The notes: generated by a model from the letters alone, not told the origin. A DNA stretch of 64,000 nucleotides from an uncultured Candidatus Saccharibacteria bacterium (GCA_964501135.1 CAZCRI010000001.1:393-64392); one strand, 5' to 3'. Counted from the stretch's first letter, positions 36,430-46,389 are shown. A program made the numbers and translations.

Positions 36430-39245
36430 TTATTACCTACACCAATCTCGACCTCTATAGGAACATCGAGCTTGGCTATATTTTCCATCTTTTCTTTTAC
36501 AAATGCACGTACTTTTTCGATATCTGCGTCTGGGACTTCGAGGACAATTTCATCGTGAACTGTGAGGAGAATCTTAGTCTTTGGACTGATACTCGCGATT
36601 TCATGGTCGATGGCAATCATCGCGAGCTTCATGAGGTCAGCGGCAGTACCTTGTATCGGCATGTTGCTGGCCATCCGTTCGGCGCTGCCGCGGACTGCAA
36701 AGTTTGGACTATGTAATTCTGGTAGGTAACGTCTACGACCAAAGAGGGTCTCGGTGAAGCCACGTTCCTTTGCTACCTTAATGACGTCATCCATATACGC
36801 TTTGATTCCGCTGTGAGTGGCAAAATACTTCTCGATAAATTCTTTTGCCTCGCCGTAGCTAAGGGTGCTTTGTCGTTGCAAGCCATGAGCCGAAACACCA
36901 TAAACGATACCGAAGTTCACTACCTTTGCGGTACGACGCATTTCCTTAGTGACCTTATCTTCCGGGACGCCGTAGACGCGAGCGGCTGTAGCTGTGTGAA
37001 CATCAATTCCTTCGTTGAAAGCGCGGGTCATCTCGGCGTCTCCTGACATGTGAGCAATTACCCGCAGCTCAATCTGGGAGTAGTCGGCAGACATAATTTT
37101 GTATCCTGGATCGGCAACAAAAGCCTTGCGAATCAGCATCCCAGTCTCGGTTCGTACTGGGATGTTTTGTAGGTTCGGATTAGTAGAGGAGAGTCGGCCA
37201 GTGGCGGCAATCGTCTGGTTGAAGCTGGTGTGAATGCGACCGGTTTTCTTATTTACAAGCTTTGGTAATGCATCGATGTAGGTACTTTTAAGTTTTGAAA
37301 GTTCTCGATATTCGAAAATCTTATCAATTATTGGGTGGCCGGATTCTTGGAGTTTCTCGAGCTGTTCGGCACCGGTAGAGAAGCCGCCAGAAGGCAACTT
37401 TTTGATATCTTTTGGATTTGGGATTTGGTTATGTAGGTCTAGTTTCTCGTACAGTATCTTCTGTAATTGGGCCGGTGAGGCAATATTGAACTCTTCGCCT
37501 GCAAGATCGTAAATTTCAGATTGTAACTTGGTGATACGTTTCCCAAACTCCTCAGAAAGAACTGCGAGCTGGGAGGTATCTACACGGACACCATTCATTT
37601 CTAGGTGGGCGAGAACAACGGTGAGTGGCGCCTCGATTCTGCTCATTAGCTCATTGAAGCCGCCGTTTTCAAGATCACGAGTCAGATGGTGATAGAGCCG
37701 AAGTGTCATGTCGGCATCTTCTGCGGCATAGAGTACCGCCTTCTCGATTTCGACTTGATCAAAGGTAATCTCATCTTTGCCTTTACCTATAAGTTCACTA
37801 ATCTTGGTCATTTCGATTCCAAGCTCGGTAAAAGCGAGATCATCGAGCTTCTGGGCTCTGGCATTTGGGTTTATCAGATACGCGCCAATCATGGTGTCAA
37901 AGAAGATGCCGTTTACCTCGTAGCCATTACCAACCAGGACTTCATAGTCAAACTTGATGTTGTGGCCTACTTTTTTGATTTTCTCATCTGCAAGCAGTGG
38001 TCCCAATGCTACCCTGACATCATCGGCTGCTAGATGTTCCCCGATGCCACGGACCGGAATGTAGTAGGCTTGGCCTTCTTCCCAGGAAATTGAAATCCCC
38101 ACAAGATTTGCCGAAATACTGTCGAGAGAGTCTGTTTCGGTGTCAACTGCAATAAGCTTTTGCTTTGCTATTTTACTGGCCAGTTCTGTAAGCTGCTGGT
38201 TCTTATTTACTAGGTGGTAATGGTCGGAATTATAATGATCGCCAGCCTTTATGTTAGCTGCGGGCGATGAAGCAGGTGCCTCAAAGAGATTTCTCTGGTT
38301 TGCATCCTGTTTCTTGGGTTCATGGGCTGTAAGTGAAAAGCCGTTTACCTTTGAACTACCGGCCGGTTGCGTCGCTGATTCTGGCTTTCCAGGAAGTCTG
38401 GCAAGTAGGGACTTGAACTCAAGTTCGCTGAAGAGCTGAAAGACCTTGTCGCGGTCGAATTCATGGGTTTGGCAGTCACCAACACAGATGTCGAGGGGAA
38501 TATCACGAATAATCGTGGAAAGATGAAGGCTAAGATAGGCATTCTCTTTCCCGTCGATAAGCTTTTGTCTCATAGCTGGCTTCAGTTCATCGAGATGGAG
38601 GTAGATATTATCGAGATTTTTATACTTGGATACGAGATCAATAGCACCTTTCTCACCGATGCCCAAAACGCCAGGGATATTGTCGGAAGTATCTCCTTTG
38701 AGCGCCTTTAGGACCACAAATTCATCGGGAGTAAGGCCATAACGTTCCATTACAGCTGCTTTATCGTAGATAAAGGTATCAGAAAAACCCTTCTTCATAG
38801 TGTAGATTCGTACGTTGTCGTCCACAAGCTGAAGTTCATCCAGGTCGCCAGTGACGACATAGACTTCATGGTCCTTCTTTAGCTTTTCTGCGGCACTACC
38901 AATGATGTCGTCGGCCTCAAAGCCTGGCTTCTCATAAACTGGGATTCCGAGAGCATCGATAATATCGTAGACTCTGGGGAATTGCATCACTAGGTCATCA
39001 TCTGCCTTCTTGCGGGTTGCTTTGTAGTCGGCGTAGTCGTCGTGTCGGAAGGTCTTTCCGGGAAGGTCCATCGCCACAGCAACGTATTCTGGTTTTAGGT
39101 CACGGAGTACATTAAGGACAATCATCGTAAAACCATAAACTGCGTTGACCATCTCACCGTTTCTGGTGGTAAGTGGTGGTATTGCATGATAGGCGCGGTG
39201 AATCAGTGCATGACCGTCTATAAGTACAAATTTAGCCCTTTTCAT
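36411..39245 (-). CDS. polA: DNA polymerase I
   Basis: 944 aa; 5'-3' exonuclease (FEN) N-terminus, 3'-5' exo-like domain, family A polymerase motifs (DYSQIELR, KVVNFGIVYG, HDE). Confidence 0.9.
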   Translation of the reverse strand: MKRAKFVLIDGHALIHRAYHAIPPLTTRNGEMVNAVYGFTMIVLNVLRDLKPEYVAVAMDLPGKTFRHDDYADYKATRKKADDDLVMQFPRVYDIIDALGIPVYEKPGFEADDIIGSAAEKLKKDHEVYVVTGDLDELQLVDDNVRIYTMKKGFSDTFIYDKAAVMERYGLTPDEFVVLKALKGDTSDNIPGVLGIGEKGAIDLVSKYKNLDNIYLHLDELKPAMRQKLIDGKENAYLSLHLSTIIRDIPLDICVGDCQTHEFDRDKVFQLFSELEFKSLLARLPGKPESATQPAGSSKVNGFSLTAHEPKKQDANQRNLFEAPASSPAANIKAGDHYNSDHYHLVNKNQQLTELASKIAKQKLIAVDTETDSLDSISANLVGISISWEEGQAYYIPVRGIGEHLAADDVRVALGPLLADEKIKKVGHNIKFDYEVLVGNGYEVNGIFFDTMIGAYLINPNARAQKLDDLAFTELGIEMTKISELIGKGKDEITFDQVEIEKAVLYAAEDADMTLRLYHHLTRDLENGGFNELMSRIEAPLTVVLAHLEMNGVRVDTSQLAVLSEEFGKRITKLQSEIYDLAGEEFNIASPAQLQKILYEKLDLHNQIPNPKDIKKLPSGGFSTGAEQLEKLQESGHPIIDKIFEYRELSKLKSTYIDALPKLVNKKTGRIHTSFNQTIAATGRLSSTNPNLQNIPVRTETGMLIRKAFVADPGYKIMSADYSQIELRVIAHMSGDAEMTRAFNEGIDVHTATAARVYGVPEDKVTKEMRRTAKVVNFGIVYGVSAHGLQRQSTLSYGEAKEFIEKYFATHSGIKAYMDDVIKVAKERGFTETLFGRRRYLPELHSPNFAVRGSAERMASNMPIQGTAADLMKLAMIAIDHEIASISPKTKILLTVHDEIVLEVPDADIEKVRAFVKEKMENIAKLDVPIEVEIGVGNNWGDAK

Positions 39246-39264
39246 AAGCTAATTATAGCAGAAA

Positions 39265-39284
39265 AGAGGCCCCGAGGGGCCTCT
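39265..39284. terminator. Bidirectional terminator (AGAGGCCCC-GA-GGGGCCTCT) between polA and rpoD
   Basis: Perfect GC stem with A-run and T-run flanks. Confidence 0.75.
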
Positions 39285-39286
39285 TT

Positions 39287-40363
39287 TTAGTATAGGTAAT
39301 CGCGGAGCTTCTTGCTTTCGCGATGTTTCTTTAGTTTTTGCAGAGCTTTGCTTTCAATCTGGCGGATACGTTCGCGGGTGACGCCAAATTCCTGACCGGT
39401 TTCCTCAAGAGTATGAGCACGACCATCATCTAGGCCGAAACGCATGCGGAGGATGCGCTGCTCGCGAGGTGTGAGGAGCTGGAGAACATCGTTGATGTTC
39501 TCTTTGAGCAGCTGATAGGTTGCAGCTTCTTCTGGTGTGATGGAATCTCGATCTTCGATGAAGTCAGCGAGACGTGAATCTTCCTCTTCTCCGACCGGGG
39601 CTTCGATAGAAACGGTATCTTCTTTGATCTTAAGGATATAGTTTACCTTCTCGGTTTCGATACCCATTTCAAGGGCAATTTCCTCTGGTAGAGGCTCTCT
39701 TCCGAGCTCCTGGAGAAGACGACGCTGGGTACGGATAAGCTTGTTGATGGTTTCCACCATGTGCACAGGGATACGGATTGTACGAGCCTGGTCGGCGATG
39801 GCACGAGTGATAGCCTGGCGGATCCACCAAGTAGCATATGTAGAGAATTTGAATCCTTTGGTATGGTCAAACTTCACTACCGCGCGAAGTAGTCCTGTGT
39901 TTCCTTCTTGGATAAGGTCCAGAAGGTCGAGTCCACGTCCAATGTATTTCTTGGCAATTGAGACCACGAGACGCATATTTGCTTCAGCAAGGCGCTTCTT
40001 CGCTTGTTTGTCGCCGAGTAGAATCTTCTTTGCGAGGTCAATTTCCTCTTGCTGCGTTAGTAGGGGAATTTTACCAATTTCGCGCAGGTACATGCGAACA
40101 GAGTCGTCTGCGAGCTCGGAAATGTCATCAAAAGTGGTGTCTACTGCTTCTTCGCCTTCCTCACCCCAGATCATCTTTTCGCGGTTATCGAGGACTTCTA
40201 CCCCTTGATCGGCAAGTGTGGCGTATAGTTCGTCGAGTTTTTCAATGTTATCTTCTACATCTGGGAAGCGTCCCAGGATTTCTTCTTGTGTAACAAAGCC
40301 TTGCTCGCGACCTTTGGCCACGAGGGCTTCGACCGCTTTATCAAAATCAACTTCTTTTGCCAT
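39287..40363 (-). CDS. rpoD: RNA polymerase sigma factor RpoD (sigma-70)
   Basis: 358 aa; regions 1.2 to 4 present ([38 protein letters not shown]). Confidence 0.9.
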   Translation of the reverse strand: MAKEVDFDKAVEALVAKGREQGFVTQEEILGRFPDVEDNIEKLDELYATLADQGVEVLDNREKMIWGEEGEEAVDTTFDDISELADDSVRMYLREIGKIPLLTQQEEIDLAKKILLGDKQAKKRLAEANMRLVVSIAKKYIGRGLDLLDLIQEGNTGLLRAVVKFDHTKGFKFSTYATWWIRQAITRAIADQARTIRIPVHMVETINKLIRTQRRLLQELGREPLPEEIALEMGIETEKVNYILKIKEDTVSIEAPVGEEEDSRLADFIEDRDSITPEEAATYQLLKENINDVLQLLTPREQRILRMRFGLDDGRAHTLEETGQEFGVTRERIRQIESKALQKLKKHRESKKLRDYLY

Positions 40364-40380
40364 GAATCTCCTTGTGGTAG

Positions 40381-42141
40381 TTAGATATTACGTTCTTCTT
40401 CGATTAGTTCTTGAAACTTTTGTAGTAGCTCAGCCTGGAGCTTCTTGTCGCCACCTTTCTCGGCTGCGGCAAGTCGTTCATTGAGCTGTTTCTTTTTGGT
40501 ATCGAGTAACTGATGTTTGAGGCGGACGACAGAGTAGAATATTTCTTCTCCAAGCAGTTCGTCATCTGCTTCTGCGAAGTTGTCTTCCGAGCGTAGGATG
40601 AGCTGGTTGACATATTTGGTTGTTGGCTCGTCCAGACTGTTCATCCAGCCCTTAATATCAAACGAACCATTAGTATCAAATTGTTTATGGATACTGGCCA
40701 GTAGCGAGTGTACTGGTTCTTCGGTAAAGTCGTCTACAGACAACTTGTTGAAGAAAAACTCGACGTACTGTGGCAGCAAAAGTAGCATGGACAGAGCATG
40801 CTCTTCACGACTTTCCTTGTGCTTTGCGGGAGTCTTGGCGGCCTCAATGGTTTGGAGCTTAGAGCTTCTCATCGCTGCCGGCTTGGCTCGAGTAAGGGCA
40901 CCTTGAAGGGCGTTTAGACTTACTCCTACGCGGGCAGATAATAGATTGAGATAATGCTCTTTCTCGACAGGGTCACCAAGTTTTTTGATTGTAGCAAGCA
41001 GCTCTTTGGTCACTTGCTTCTTATCTAAAATATTGGAAATGTCGTACTTTTCAAAGGTGCTGTCAAAGATGTAGTCTACCACATATTTTGCCTTTCGGCA
41101 AGCCTCGACCCACTTCTTTGGGTCGCTCTTTACGAGGTCTGCAGGGTCTTTGCCCTCAGGTACTGCAATCACTTTGATGTTGAAATCACGTTCCCAAGCA
41201 AGCTCAATAGCGCGCCTAGTCGCATTCTGGCCGGCCATATCGACATCAAAAGCCATCTTGATGTTCTTGGTAAATCTTTTTATCAGATCTAGTTGATGAT
41301 CGGTCATTGCCGTCCCACTGGTCGCAACCACGTTCTTGATTCCGGCCTGGTAAGAAAAGATGGCGTCCATCTGTCCCTCTACCATAATGATGTAATCCTG
41401 TTTTCTTACCTGCTCCTTAGCCTTGTCGAAACAGAAAAGGACATCGGATTTGTGGTAGATCGGAGTCTCTGGTGTGTTGATATATTTTGGTAGACTGTCA
41501 TCGAGGACTCGGGCGGTAAAAGCCACAATTTTGCCGCTTGGATTCATGATCGGGAAAGTAATACGGTTAAAGAATTGGTCAACAGTGCGGCCGTTGCGCT
41601 CTTTGGCAACACCAGCTTTCATTAACTCCTCTTTGGTAAAGCCAAGTCCGGTAAGTTCACGGACAACGATGTCACCGGCAGATGGAGCAAAGCCAAGTCG
41701 AAAAAGCTTGATAGTACTGTCTTCCATGCCGCGTTTGCGTAGGTATTCTAGGACCGATTTATGTTCTTTGGACCACAGTTGTTTCTCGTAAATTTCAGAG
41801 GTCGAATTATTAGCTTCAAAGAGTCGGTCGGTAGGTTCTTTCTTGTAGTTTCCGTATTCGGGGAGCTTGACGCCAGCTTTTTCGGCAAGCTCCTTCAGTG
41901 CCGTAGGAAAATCAACGCCCTCGATCTCCTGGACAAAAGAGACAATGTCGCCACCCTTGCCGCAACCAAAGCAGTGAAAAATCTGCTTGTCTGAGCTCAC
42001 CATGAAACTGCCTGTTTTCTCATTATGAAAAGGACACAGGCCCTTGAAATTCCGGCCAGCTTGCTTGAGCGGTACGTACTTACCAATATATTCGACTATA
42101 TCTAGTCGGTTTTTGATTTCTTCTAGCTCAGTCAAATCCAC
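40381..42141 (-). CDS. dnaG: DNA primase DnaG
   Basis: 586 aa; zinc-binding domain [11 protein letters not shown]...CFGCG; TOPRIM domain; dnaG-rpoD synteny. Confidence 0.9.
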   Translation of the reverse strand: MDLTELEEIKNRLDIVEYIGKYVPLKQAGRNFKGLCPFHNEKTGSFMVSSDKQIFHCFGCGKGGDIVSFVQEIEGVDFPTALKELAEKAGVKLPEYGNYKKEPTDRLFEANNSTSEIYEKQLWSKEHKSVLEYLRKRGMEDSTIKLFRLGFAPSAGDIVVRELTGLGFTKEELMKAGVAKERNGRTVDQFFNRITFPIMNPSGKIVAFTARVLDDSLPKYINTPETPIYHKSDVLFCFDKAKEQVRKQDYIIMVEGQMDAIFSYQAGIKNVVATSGTAMTDHQLDLIKRFTKNIKMAFDVDMAGQNATRRAIELAWERDFNIKVIAVPEGKDPADLVKSDPKKWVEACRKAKYVVDYIFDSTFEKYDISNILDKKQVTKELLATIKKLGDPVEKEHYLNLLSARVGVSLNALQGALTRAKPAAMRSSKLQTIEAAKTPAKHKESREEHALSMLLLLPQYVEFFFNKLSVDDFTEEPVHSLLASIHKQFDTNGSFDIKGWMNSLDEPTTKYVNQLILRSEDNFAEADDELLGEEIFYSVVRLKHQLLDTKKKQLNERLAAAEKGGDKKLQAELLQKFQELIEEERNI

Positions 42142-42196
42142 CTCTGTTTGACCGCATTATAGCGTATTTTACGAGTAAAAAATAGTGTATAGCGTT

Positions 42197-42226
42197 AGAG
42201 CCGAATCGCAGGTGCGATTCGGCTCT
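42197..42226. terminator. 13 bp perfect hairpin (AGAGCCGAATCGC-aggt-GCGATTCGGCTCT) after the YkgJ-like gene
   Basis: Long perfect stem in an intergenic region. Confidence 0.5.
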
Positions 42227-42229
42227 CGC

Positions 42230-42670
42230 TCATTCACGCGAAGATTGTTGGGCGAGATGTTCCTCGACCTTCCACTTAAGGCAACGGTATTCGCGGCACA
42301 CTCTTGGTCTTTGGAACCATTCGATAGTGCAACCGCTACCATCGTTGTATTCGCAGTACTTTGGGTTGACCCCCGCTGCGATGAGTTCCTGACGATACTC
42401 TACGTCGTCTTGACCCCATGCGCGGATTGGGTCGAATCTTGGTTCTGGTAGACCTTCGACATCGAGCATCTCGGCAAACGGCGTATACTTGCCGAATTCC
42501 TCAAGATACTCGTCGAGCTTCTTGTACCACCGGTCTACCTTGTGCAGAAAGCCACCTTCGTGCCAGCATCGGCTGTAAAGTTGGCAACACAGACCGCCAC
42601 AGTCTGCACAGTAGGTTTCGTTGCGAATACCACCGGTGATACGATATATCGAGTCCGACATGGGTACCAC
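42230..42670 (-). CDS. YkgJ-family protein (CxxCxxCC putative zinc/iron-chelating domain)
   Basis: 146 aa; YCADCGGLCCQ motif. Confidence 0.5.
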   Translation of the reverse strand: MVPMSDSIYRITGGIRNETYCADCGGLCCQLYSRCWHEGGFLHKVDRWYKKLDEYLEEFGKYTPFAEMLDVEGLPEPRFDPIRAWGQDDVEYRQELIAAGVNPKYCEYNDGSGCTIEWFQRPRVCREYRCLKWKVEEHLAQQSSRE

Positions 42671-42746
42671 CGTCCCTTCAATTCTGAATGAGCACCCTCC
42701 GTGGCGGTATTATAGTCTAAAACGAAGTTTGTTTAAAGGTTATTTA

Positions 42747-43241
42747 TCAGAATAGCTCAAACCTATCGTGGGCGACGCCGCAGATAGGGCAGATCTCGGG
42801 AGCTTCATTTCTAGCGCAGAGATAGCCGCAAACAGTGCAGCGCCAGATAGGCAGTTCAGAATTTTGCGTTTCGAGCTTAGAGTTACTATTGGCCATTACA
42901 TTTCTCTCCTCTTTAGGTTTTCTTCGTTCTGGGATTGGTTTTAGTTCTTGTTTACCCTCATAGATCGCCCGATCTACGTATAAACCACAGTAACAGGCTC
43001 CGAATTCACTAATGTCCGAATCGCGATAGTCGCAGGGACAGATAATGTCTAGGTCTTCGGCTCTATTCCCGGTAGCCAGTCGGCAGGGGCAAGCCTGGTA
43101 ACCGTACCGATCTTCGTTTACAACCAAACTTTCGGTGAGAGCCTCTGCAAAATCGACATCGGGGTTCAAAAAGTAACCTCTCTTGTCGGCGAGAGACTTC
43201 AGCTCGTTATAGAGCGCATCGACCTTGTTTGGTTCTATCAT
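42747..43241 (-). CDS. Ferredoxin:thioredoxin reductase catalytic-subunit-like domain fused to a C-terminal rubredoxin-like domain
   Basis: 164 aa; FTR-type CPC...CPC/CYC cluster motifs (ACPCRLATG...ICPCDY...ACYCG) then WRCTVCGY...CPICG rubredoxin knuckles. Confidence 0.6.
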   Translation of the reverse strand: MIEPNKVDALYNELKSLADKRGYFLNPDVDFAEALTESLVVNEDRYGYQACPCRLATGNRAEDLDIICPCDYRDSDISEFGACYCGLYVDRAIYEGKQELKPIPERRKPKEERNVMANSNSKLETQNSELPIWRCTVCGYLCARNEAPEICPICGVAHDRFELF

Positions 43242-43244
43242 GTC

Positions 43245-43538
43245 TTAGCTCACGCAGTTTCGGATATTGTCTTCCTCAAAACCAAGAATTACTTTCTCGC
43301 CGTCGTTGAAAACGAATGTTGGGAAAGAGGTATTGGGATTGTATTTGTGCATGTCGTTCATTACTTCTTCGCCAGCATCGCCTTCGACTAGGTCTACGTC
43401 GACAAAGTCATAAGCTGCCCCTAGGGCATCAAGTATGGCCTTGGTTTTGCGGCACCAAATACAGGTAGAGAGGGTAAACATAAATATTTTCCCCTTATCT
43501 TCACCACTGACATGTTTGATTGATTCTTGGTAAGACAT
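43245..43538 (-). CDS. Glutaredoxin-like (thioredoxin-fold) protein, CIWC active site
   Basis: 97 aa; CxxC (STCIWCRK) in a glutaredoxin/NrdH-like fold; 4 nt from the FTR-like gene. Confidence 0.6.
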   Translation of the reverse strand: MSYQESIKHVSGEDKGKIFMFTLSTCIWCRKTKAILDALGAAYDFVDVDLVEGDAGEEVMNDMHKYNPNTSFPTFVFNDGEKVILGFEEDNIRNCVS

Positions 43539-43545
43539 AAGCCAC

Positions 43546-44178
43546 CTAACTTTGTTTAGTTTTGTCTTTATTATACGCTACTTGGTCCTCTGTAATCGAT
43601 TCTATGATTGCAACCACATGCTCCCAGTCCTCGGCGATTAGTAAGCTTCCATGTTTCTTGTCATTCTCGTTATACGGCGTCTTGAAGTAAATCGTGGTAA
43701 TTCCCTGTTCGGCACATTCATTGGCAAAGAAATGATCGTCATCGATTAGTATGTCTGCTTTATGGTCTAGACAACAAACTGACTTTGTTCGTCTCTCTGG
43801 ATGATCTTCGGGTAGATTGGTATTGGTGTAGATAACCTTGCCGATAAGTCCAGGGAGCTTGGCTTCCAACCACTCTTCAGTTTCTTTGCTGACTGTCTGA
43901 GGACGGCCGGTAATAGCAATGATTTCATGACTTTTTGATAGAGCGGTTAGCGCCTCGAGAGCTCCTGAAATAGGTTCTGCGTCTTTGTGGTAAGTAGTTC
44001 GGTAATATTTGTAAAAGATATCCCAATGGCCTTCACGCGTGGTGTTGAAGTAAGGCCAGAGAACATTACTTTTGATCTCTTTTTTATCAATGCTGTAGCC
44101 TTCGTGGGCGTTTGAATAGTCGACAAAACTACCTATAAAGTCAAAAAGCACATTATCTATATCTACTGCGATTACCAA
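43546..44178 (-). CDS. HAD-superfamily 5'(3')-deoxyribonucleotidase-like hydrolase
   Basis: 210 aa; HAD motif I DIDNVL; NT5C-like organisation. Confidence 0.5.
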   Translation of the reverse strand: MVIAVDIDNVLFDFIGSFVDYSNAHEGYSIDKKEIKSNVLWPYFNTTREGHWDIFYKYYRTTYHKDAEPISGALEALTALSKSHEIIAITGRPQTVSKETEEWLEAKLPGLIGKVIYTNTNLPEDHPERRTKSVCCLDHKADILIDDDHFFANECAEQGITTIYFKTPYNENDKKHGSLLIAEDWEHVVAIIESITEDQVAYNKDKTKQS

Positions 44179-44193
44179 TAGTCTGCCCCTAAG

Positions 44194-44550
44194 TTAGTTT
44201 TGCTCTTCTACTTCTTCAAAGTTTAGGCGGAAGCCGTAGCCATGTTTTACAAACCCTAGCTTCTCGTACCAAGCGTGAATTTTTTCCCGAGAAAAGCGGC
44301 TGTCAGCTAGTAATTTATAACAACCTTCTTCTTTTGCGAGTTCAATCACCTTATTTACAAGCTCGGTTCCTAAACCGCCACCGCGAAATTCCGGTTCCAC
44401 GCGAACATCGGCTAGTAGTCCGTACTTTTTGCCACGGTTTGGATTAGTCAGAACATAAAGAATTGCGATTCCCATCTCTTGGCCATCTTCGGTAGCCGTG
44501 ACCATGATCCCTTCTGCTGGAACGCTAGAGCGGCTGTATTTGTGAGTCAT
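44194..44550 (-). CDS. GNAT family N-acetyltransferase
   Basis: 118 aa; acetyl-CoA-binding motif RGGGLGTELV. Confidence 0.7.
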   Translation of the reverse strand: MTHKYSRSSVPAEGIMVTATEDGQEMGIAILYVLTNPNRGKKYGLLADVRVEPEFRGGGLGTELVNKVIELAKEEGCYKLLADSRFSREKIHAWYEKLGFVKHGYGFRLNFEEVEEQN

Positions 44551-44647
44551 TATTTCCCCTTTCTAAGGTTGAATTACCTAAGCATCTGCATTCCGAGCTA
44601 ATTCATTCTTACTATTTTATAACGGCCAGGCTTTCAATGCTAGAAAA

Positions 44648-44665
44648 TCCCAGCGTGAGCTGGGA
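44648..44665 (-). terminator. Terminator after tRNA-Ser(GGA) (TCCCAGC-tcac-GCTGGGA plus U-run, minus strand)
   Basis: Perfect 7 bp stem followed by TTTTCT on the minus strand. Confidence 0.6.
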
Positions 44666-44679
44666 CTTGTGATGACATT

Positions 44680-44768
44680 TGGCGGAGAGGAAGGGATTCG
44701 AACCCTTGATACCTTGCGGTATACACGCTTTCCAAGCGTGCGCACTAGGCCAACTATGCGACCTCTCC
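44680..44768 (-). tRNA. tRNA-Ser (anticodon GGA)
   Basis: Reverse complement gives GGAGAGG...acceptor stem, anticodon loop TT-GGA-AA, long variable arm, GGTTCGAATCC T-loop, CCA encoded. Confidence 0.85.
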
Positions 44769-44895
44769 TCGTCGGAATCCGCCTGCGGATTCCGACTAAA
44801 TGCTAACGCATTCGCCTTCATCCTACGGCCATTCCTCCTCTTTCCCTAAAATTATTCATTTCATTTATATTTTAGGGATACCGAGGGAAACTAAA

Positions 44896-44918
44896 AACAA
44901 GGTACAGTATACCTTGTT
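44896..44918. terminator. Bidirectional terminator (AACAAGGTA-cagta-TACCTTGTT) after the cupin PGI gene
   Basis: Perfect 9 bp stem with T-runs. Confidence 0.7.
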
Positions 44919-44938
44919 TTCGTGTTTTTTTGAAGGCT

Positions 44939-45724
44939 TTAAAGTTCGATGTCTTCGAAGAGTTCGTCGAGGTTGAATTCAAAATCCTGGGGGCGTAGTA
45001 ACCACTGGAACTTTTCCGGATTTTCGGTAAAAGATAGATATAGTGGTTTGTCTTTTGTGATGCCCCATTCTGGTTTCTCGAGGGCACGAACGATGCGAAC
45101 AGATTTGATCTTGTAATTTGGGTTTTCGATTAGACCTGCCTCGGTACGATAGAGTGCGCCGCCAACCTTCTCTTTGAACATTCCGTACTGTGATTGGTTC
45201 GGATTGTCGCGTTTTTGAATATCAATTTCTGCAGCCGGACCTACTCCAACATTCATACTTACGTGTCCGTATCCAGGAGGCATGACTACCTTGTCGCCTT
45301 CTTCTGCTATCACCCAGATCACATCCACTTGCCCGTCTTTATCTTCTTCACTCTGAAGTAGGTATTCAAACTTTCCGGAGACGGCTTCGTAAACCTCTGG
45401 GTATGCTACTTTGGTTCCAGCTACATAGCCGTGATAATGTCCGACTGTCTTAATGAATTCCTCACCAACTTTCCCTGGGTTGATGATGGTTAGATCGGCC
45501 ATGAAGTCGTTGTCTACAAAAATATTCTCGTCGGCAGTTTTCTCCATGTAACGGTTACCAAAATATAGTGTCTCCCTCCCGCTTGGTGAATCTTTGTAGG
45601 CGTATTTCCCCGCCTCGAAGGTCTTGTCCCACTCGATTGCTGGGGCAAAATCATCTTTGGAGTAATTTAGTTTATCTTCTCCGATAGAGAAGTCTAGGCC
45701 TGATTTTTCTTTGTAATTTATCAT
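44939..45724 (-). CDS. Cupin-type (archaeal-type) glucose-6-phosphate isomerase (cPGI)
   Basis: 261 aa; cupin metal-binding motifs TVGHYHGY...PEVYEA and PPGYGHVSMN characteristic of cPGI; leaderless-type promoter (TGcTACAAT, 6 nt, ATG). Confidence 0.7.
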   Translation of the reverse strand: MINYKEKSGLDFSIGEDKLNYSKDDFAPAIEWDKTFEAGKYAYKDSPSGRETLYFGNRYMEKTADENIFVDNDFMADLTIINPGKVGEEFIKTVGHYHGYVAGTKVAYPEVYEAVSGKFEYLLQSEEDKDGQVDVIWVIAEEGDKVVMPPGYGHVSMNVGVGPAAEIDIQKRDNPNQSQYGMFKEKVGGALYRTEAGLIENPNYKIKSVRIVRALEKPEWGITKDKPLYLSFTENPEKFQWLLRPQDFEFNLDELFEDIEL

Positions 45725-45757
45725 TAGTTAATTGTAGCAAAAAAACCAATATAGAAA

Positions 45758-45916
45758 CAGCCCCCGGACGCAAGTGCGCCGAGGGCTGTGAGGTCTACTT
45801 GCTGCACGGGTGGGGACCCGTGCAGCGCTCCGTCCGAGGAGGGGGGATTACTCGGACGAAATTGTAAGCGAGGGGGCGGGATGGACCGCCCTTTTCCTGG
45901 GACGTGCGGTCCCAGG
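45758..45916. repeat. Array of five consecutive GC-rich perfect hairpins (GC-rich islet 3)
   Basis: H1 45758-45788, H2 GCTGCACGGG/CCCGTGCAGC 45801-45826, H3 CGTCCGAG/CTCGGACG 45831-45858, H4 GGGCGG/CCGCCC 45874-45891, H5 CCTGGGAC/GTCCCAGG 45896-45916. Confidence 0.5.
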
Positions 45917-45945
45917 GGCAACTCCCATGCCAGAACCTCGCCATT

Positions 45946-46251
45946 TCACTGGTTGTTCCAGGGAACCTGGATGGTATCCCTGTAGAGAATGTCGTCAACG
46001 GAACGAGCGCCATTCATTTCAAGAACGCGCTGTCCATAAACATCTTCGGTGACAAACCAGATCTTGCCGGCACCACTGACCGTGTAGAGCTCAGCAATCT
46101 GCCCAAGAGCCGACCCATCCCTATTGAGAGTGAACGTCTTCGTGGGTAGCTGAGTCACACGATAATGGCCGATAAGGCTTGGCGCACAGAGAAGTGCAAT
46201 TGCCACAACAACGGCTATGACGGTGGTACCGAGCAGCTTATGTGTATACAT
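45946..46251 (-). CDS. Hypothetical small secreted/membrane-anchored protein (GC-rich islet 3)
   Basis: 101 aa with an N-terminal hydrophobic signal-like segment. A perfect TTGACA-17-TAGAAT promoter (46323-46351, minus strand) lies upstream in native AT-rich DNA. Confidence 0.35.
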   Translation of the reverse strand: MYTHKLLGTTVIAVVVAIALLCAPSLIGHYRVTQLPTKTFTLNRDGSALGQIAELYTVSGAGKIWFVTEDVYGQRVLEMNGARSVDDILYRDTIQVPWNNQ

Positions 46252-46371
46252 TTGTAACGCTCCAATCTACGGATTGTCTGCGGGGAGCGTCCCCTGCTAG
46301 CACCTTTTGGTACTCGACGTATATTCTAGCACAATAACATGGAATTGTCAAGTATATTTATACAAAAAATA

Positions 46372-46389
46372 AGAGCCCCGTAGGGCTCT
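46372..46389. terminator. Bidirectional terminator (AGAGCCC-cgta-GGGCTCT) after pyk
   Basis: Perfect 7 bp stem with A-run and T-run flanks. Confidence 0.7.

Noticed and set aside
45724-46149. Overlapping ORFs on both strands in islet 3 (45724..45921-, 45788..45985+, 45795..46013-, 45810..46052+, 45904..46149+)
   Set aside because: They are mutually overlapping in GC-rich hairpin-dense DNA. Only the 45946..46251 minus-strand ORF has a signal-peptide-like N-terminus and a consensus promoter, and even that call is tentative
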